A stretch of 64,000 nt of DNA from Paraspadella gotoi. Taxonomy: Eukaryota; Animalia; Chaetognatha. The translations under genes and the position numbers were made by a program. Positions 62,801-64,000 of this stretch are shown one piece after another; the stretch's first letter is position 1, and every line of letters starts with the position of its first letter. The stretch is from assembly GCA_051294375.1 (NCBI GenBank), contig CM119267.1, positions 11,299,865 to 11,363,864 on the forward strand, in the 5' to 3' direction. A model generated the notes under the pieces. It was not told where the DNA came from. It saw only the letters and a program-made list of their open reading frames with translations, and made no database searches.

Positions 62801-63469
62801 AAATTGAAAAGTAACGTAATGTGAGCAATGAGCAATGAGAGGTTTAAGGAGTAACCGAAAGGTGTGAACGAAAATCGGAATAATAGAATTAGAAAGAGAA
62901 GATGGATCAAAAAGAAGAAGCAAAACAGCGCTTGAAAATTTTTTTTTTCGCTTTCATTCATATCTAATCTACGATCCGACTCGTCTAAAACACTTTGCAC
63001 ATCCTTCACAACATTGAAGCGTCACCTGCCGAGATTCCCTAAACCACATATACTTATAAGTTATAACAACCAAAAAAATGGTGGACGGGTCCACCATTTT
63101 TTTCAGCGATAGATAGTCTCGAAGCCCGATGTTTACTTTCGCCCGTTTTTTATTTGCTTTCCAGTTACGCGGTTTTCCCGCCGTTCTTTTCTCCTTATTT
63201 TCCTTTTCCCTTCTCTTTCTTCTCCTTTTTCCTTAATCTTTGCACTTTTTTTCGGCTTTTTTCTCCGATTCCTTGATTTTTTTTCAACGCGTTCTATTTC
63301 TAATATTCTATTGTTAATTGAAGAATTCCTTGGATGATCAAAAAAAATGCCAAGGATAGTAAAACTAAAACGCCAAAAAAAAGAAGCTATATCACATTGC
63401 TGATTGCATTAAAAATATTTTAACGAAGTATCCATCTGTGAATTGTAAGCCTAAAAAAAAATTGATGGG

Positions 63470-63847
63470 TTTTCCCCAAGATTCGTAGAGGAAATTAGTT
63501 TCTCCGCCCGTTCCGCCTTTCGTCGGTTTGTACGCCTCCCAGTAGGCGCGGTTTTGAGGGCCTCGTACGGATTTCGGTTTTGATTCTGGGGCGTCGACGA
63601 AAATCTCGTATTTTGCCGTGCCACCTCCTTCGTCAGCCGTTACGACGTGGTGATACTTCGTTAAAGAAACCGAGATGTCTTGACGCGAGTTGGGACTCCC
63701 GTTCGGACGAACCAGAGATCGGCGTCGTTGGTCCAGACTCCGGGAGTTTGACTGAGACGCCCGATGTCGAAGGCGTTGAAGCAGCGGCCATGACCGTCTT
63801 GGAAAAAACAGAGGGCGGTGGCGAGAAAGAAAGGAGTTACCCCTTAG
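63470..63847 (-). mobile_element. Second Gypsy gag (DUF7041) 5' fragment
   Basis: Aligns with 14133-14566; MAAASTPSTS..VSVKLPE.WTNDADLWFVR. Confidence 0.85.
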
Positions 63848-64000
63848 TACCCAAAAGTTAGTTAATATACAGACTTCGAGTTTCATAAAAACGTTTGCAC
63901 ACTTAATCAGACGTATATATAAATAATTTTGTATAAAAATATTTAAGTTTAATGCATCGAACATATGAGATCCCGATATCGAATAGTCATTTCGTATCTA

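Overview
Eukaryotic (invertebrate metazoan) genomic DNA with short GT-AG introns, many microsatellites, two 25-N gaps and indel-rich, low-accuracy stretches (mainly 1-15 kb and 60-64 kb). Genes read by hand: a C2H2 zinc-finger fragment, the N-terminal glucose-sensing module of a MondoA/ChREBP-like gene, a GH47 alpha-1,2-mannosidase, an intronless phospholipase B-like gene, a 900-aa low-complexity adaptor-like gene, a fibrinogen-related protein, an SLC16/MCT transporter, two SLC46-like MFS paralogs, a plant-type 'pathogen-related protein' and a DPY30-domain gene. Repeats: two Gypsy (DUF7041-gag) remnants, an ~89-bp satellite, foldback/MITE elements and two 5S rRNA pseudogenes. The main discovery is a cluster of predicted self-cleaving ribozymes at 42.5-47.9 kb. 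It comprises three circularly permuted (type-P5) twister motifs with mutual covariation, a bulged-A P2 and a self-complementary 6-nt P1 (possible dimeric ribozyme), plus a Penelope-type minimal hammerhead. Two of the twisters sit in a small TG...CA element with a tRNA-like head and 6-bp target-site duplications. All calls come from manual reading; no searches or folding programs were run.
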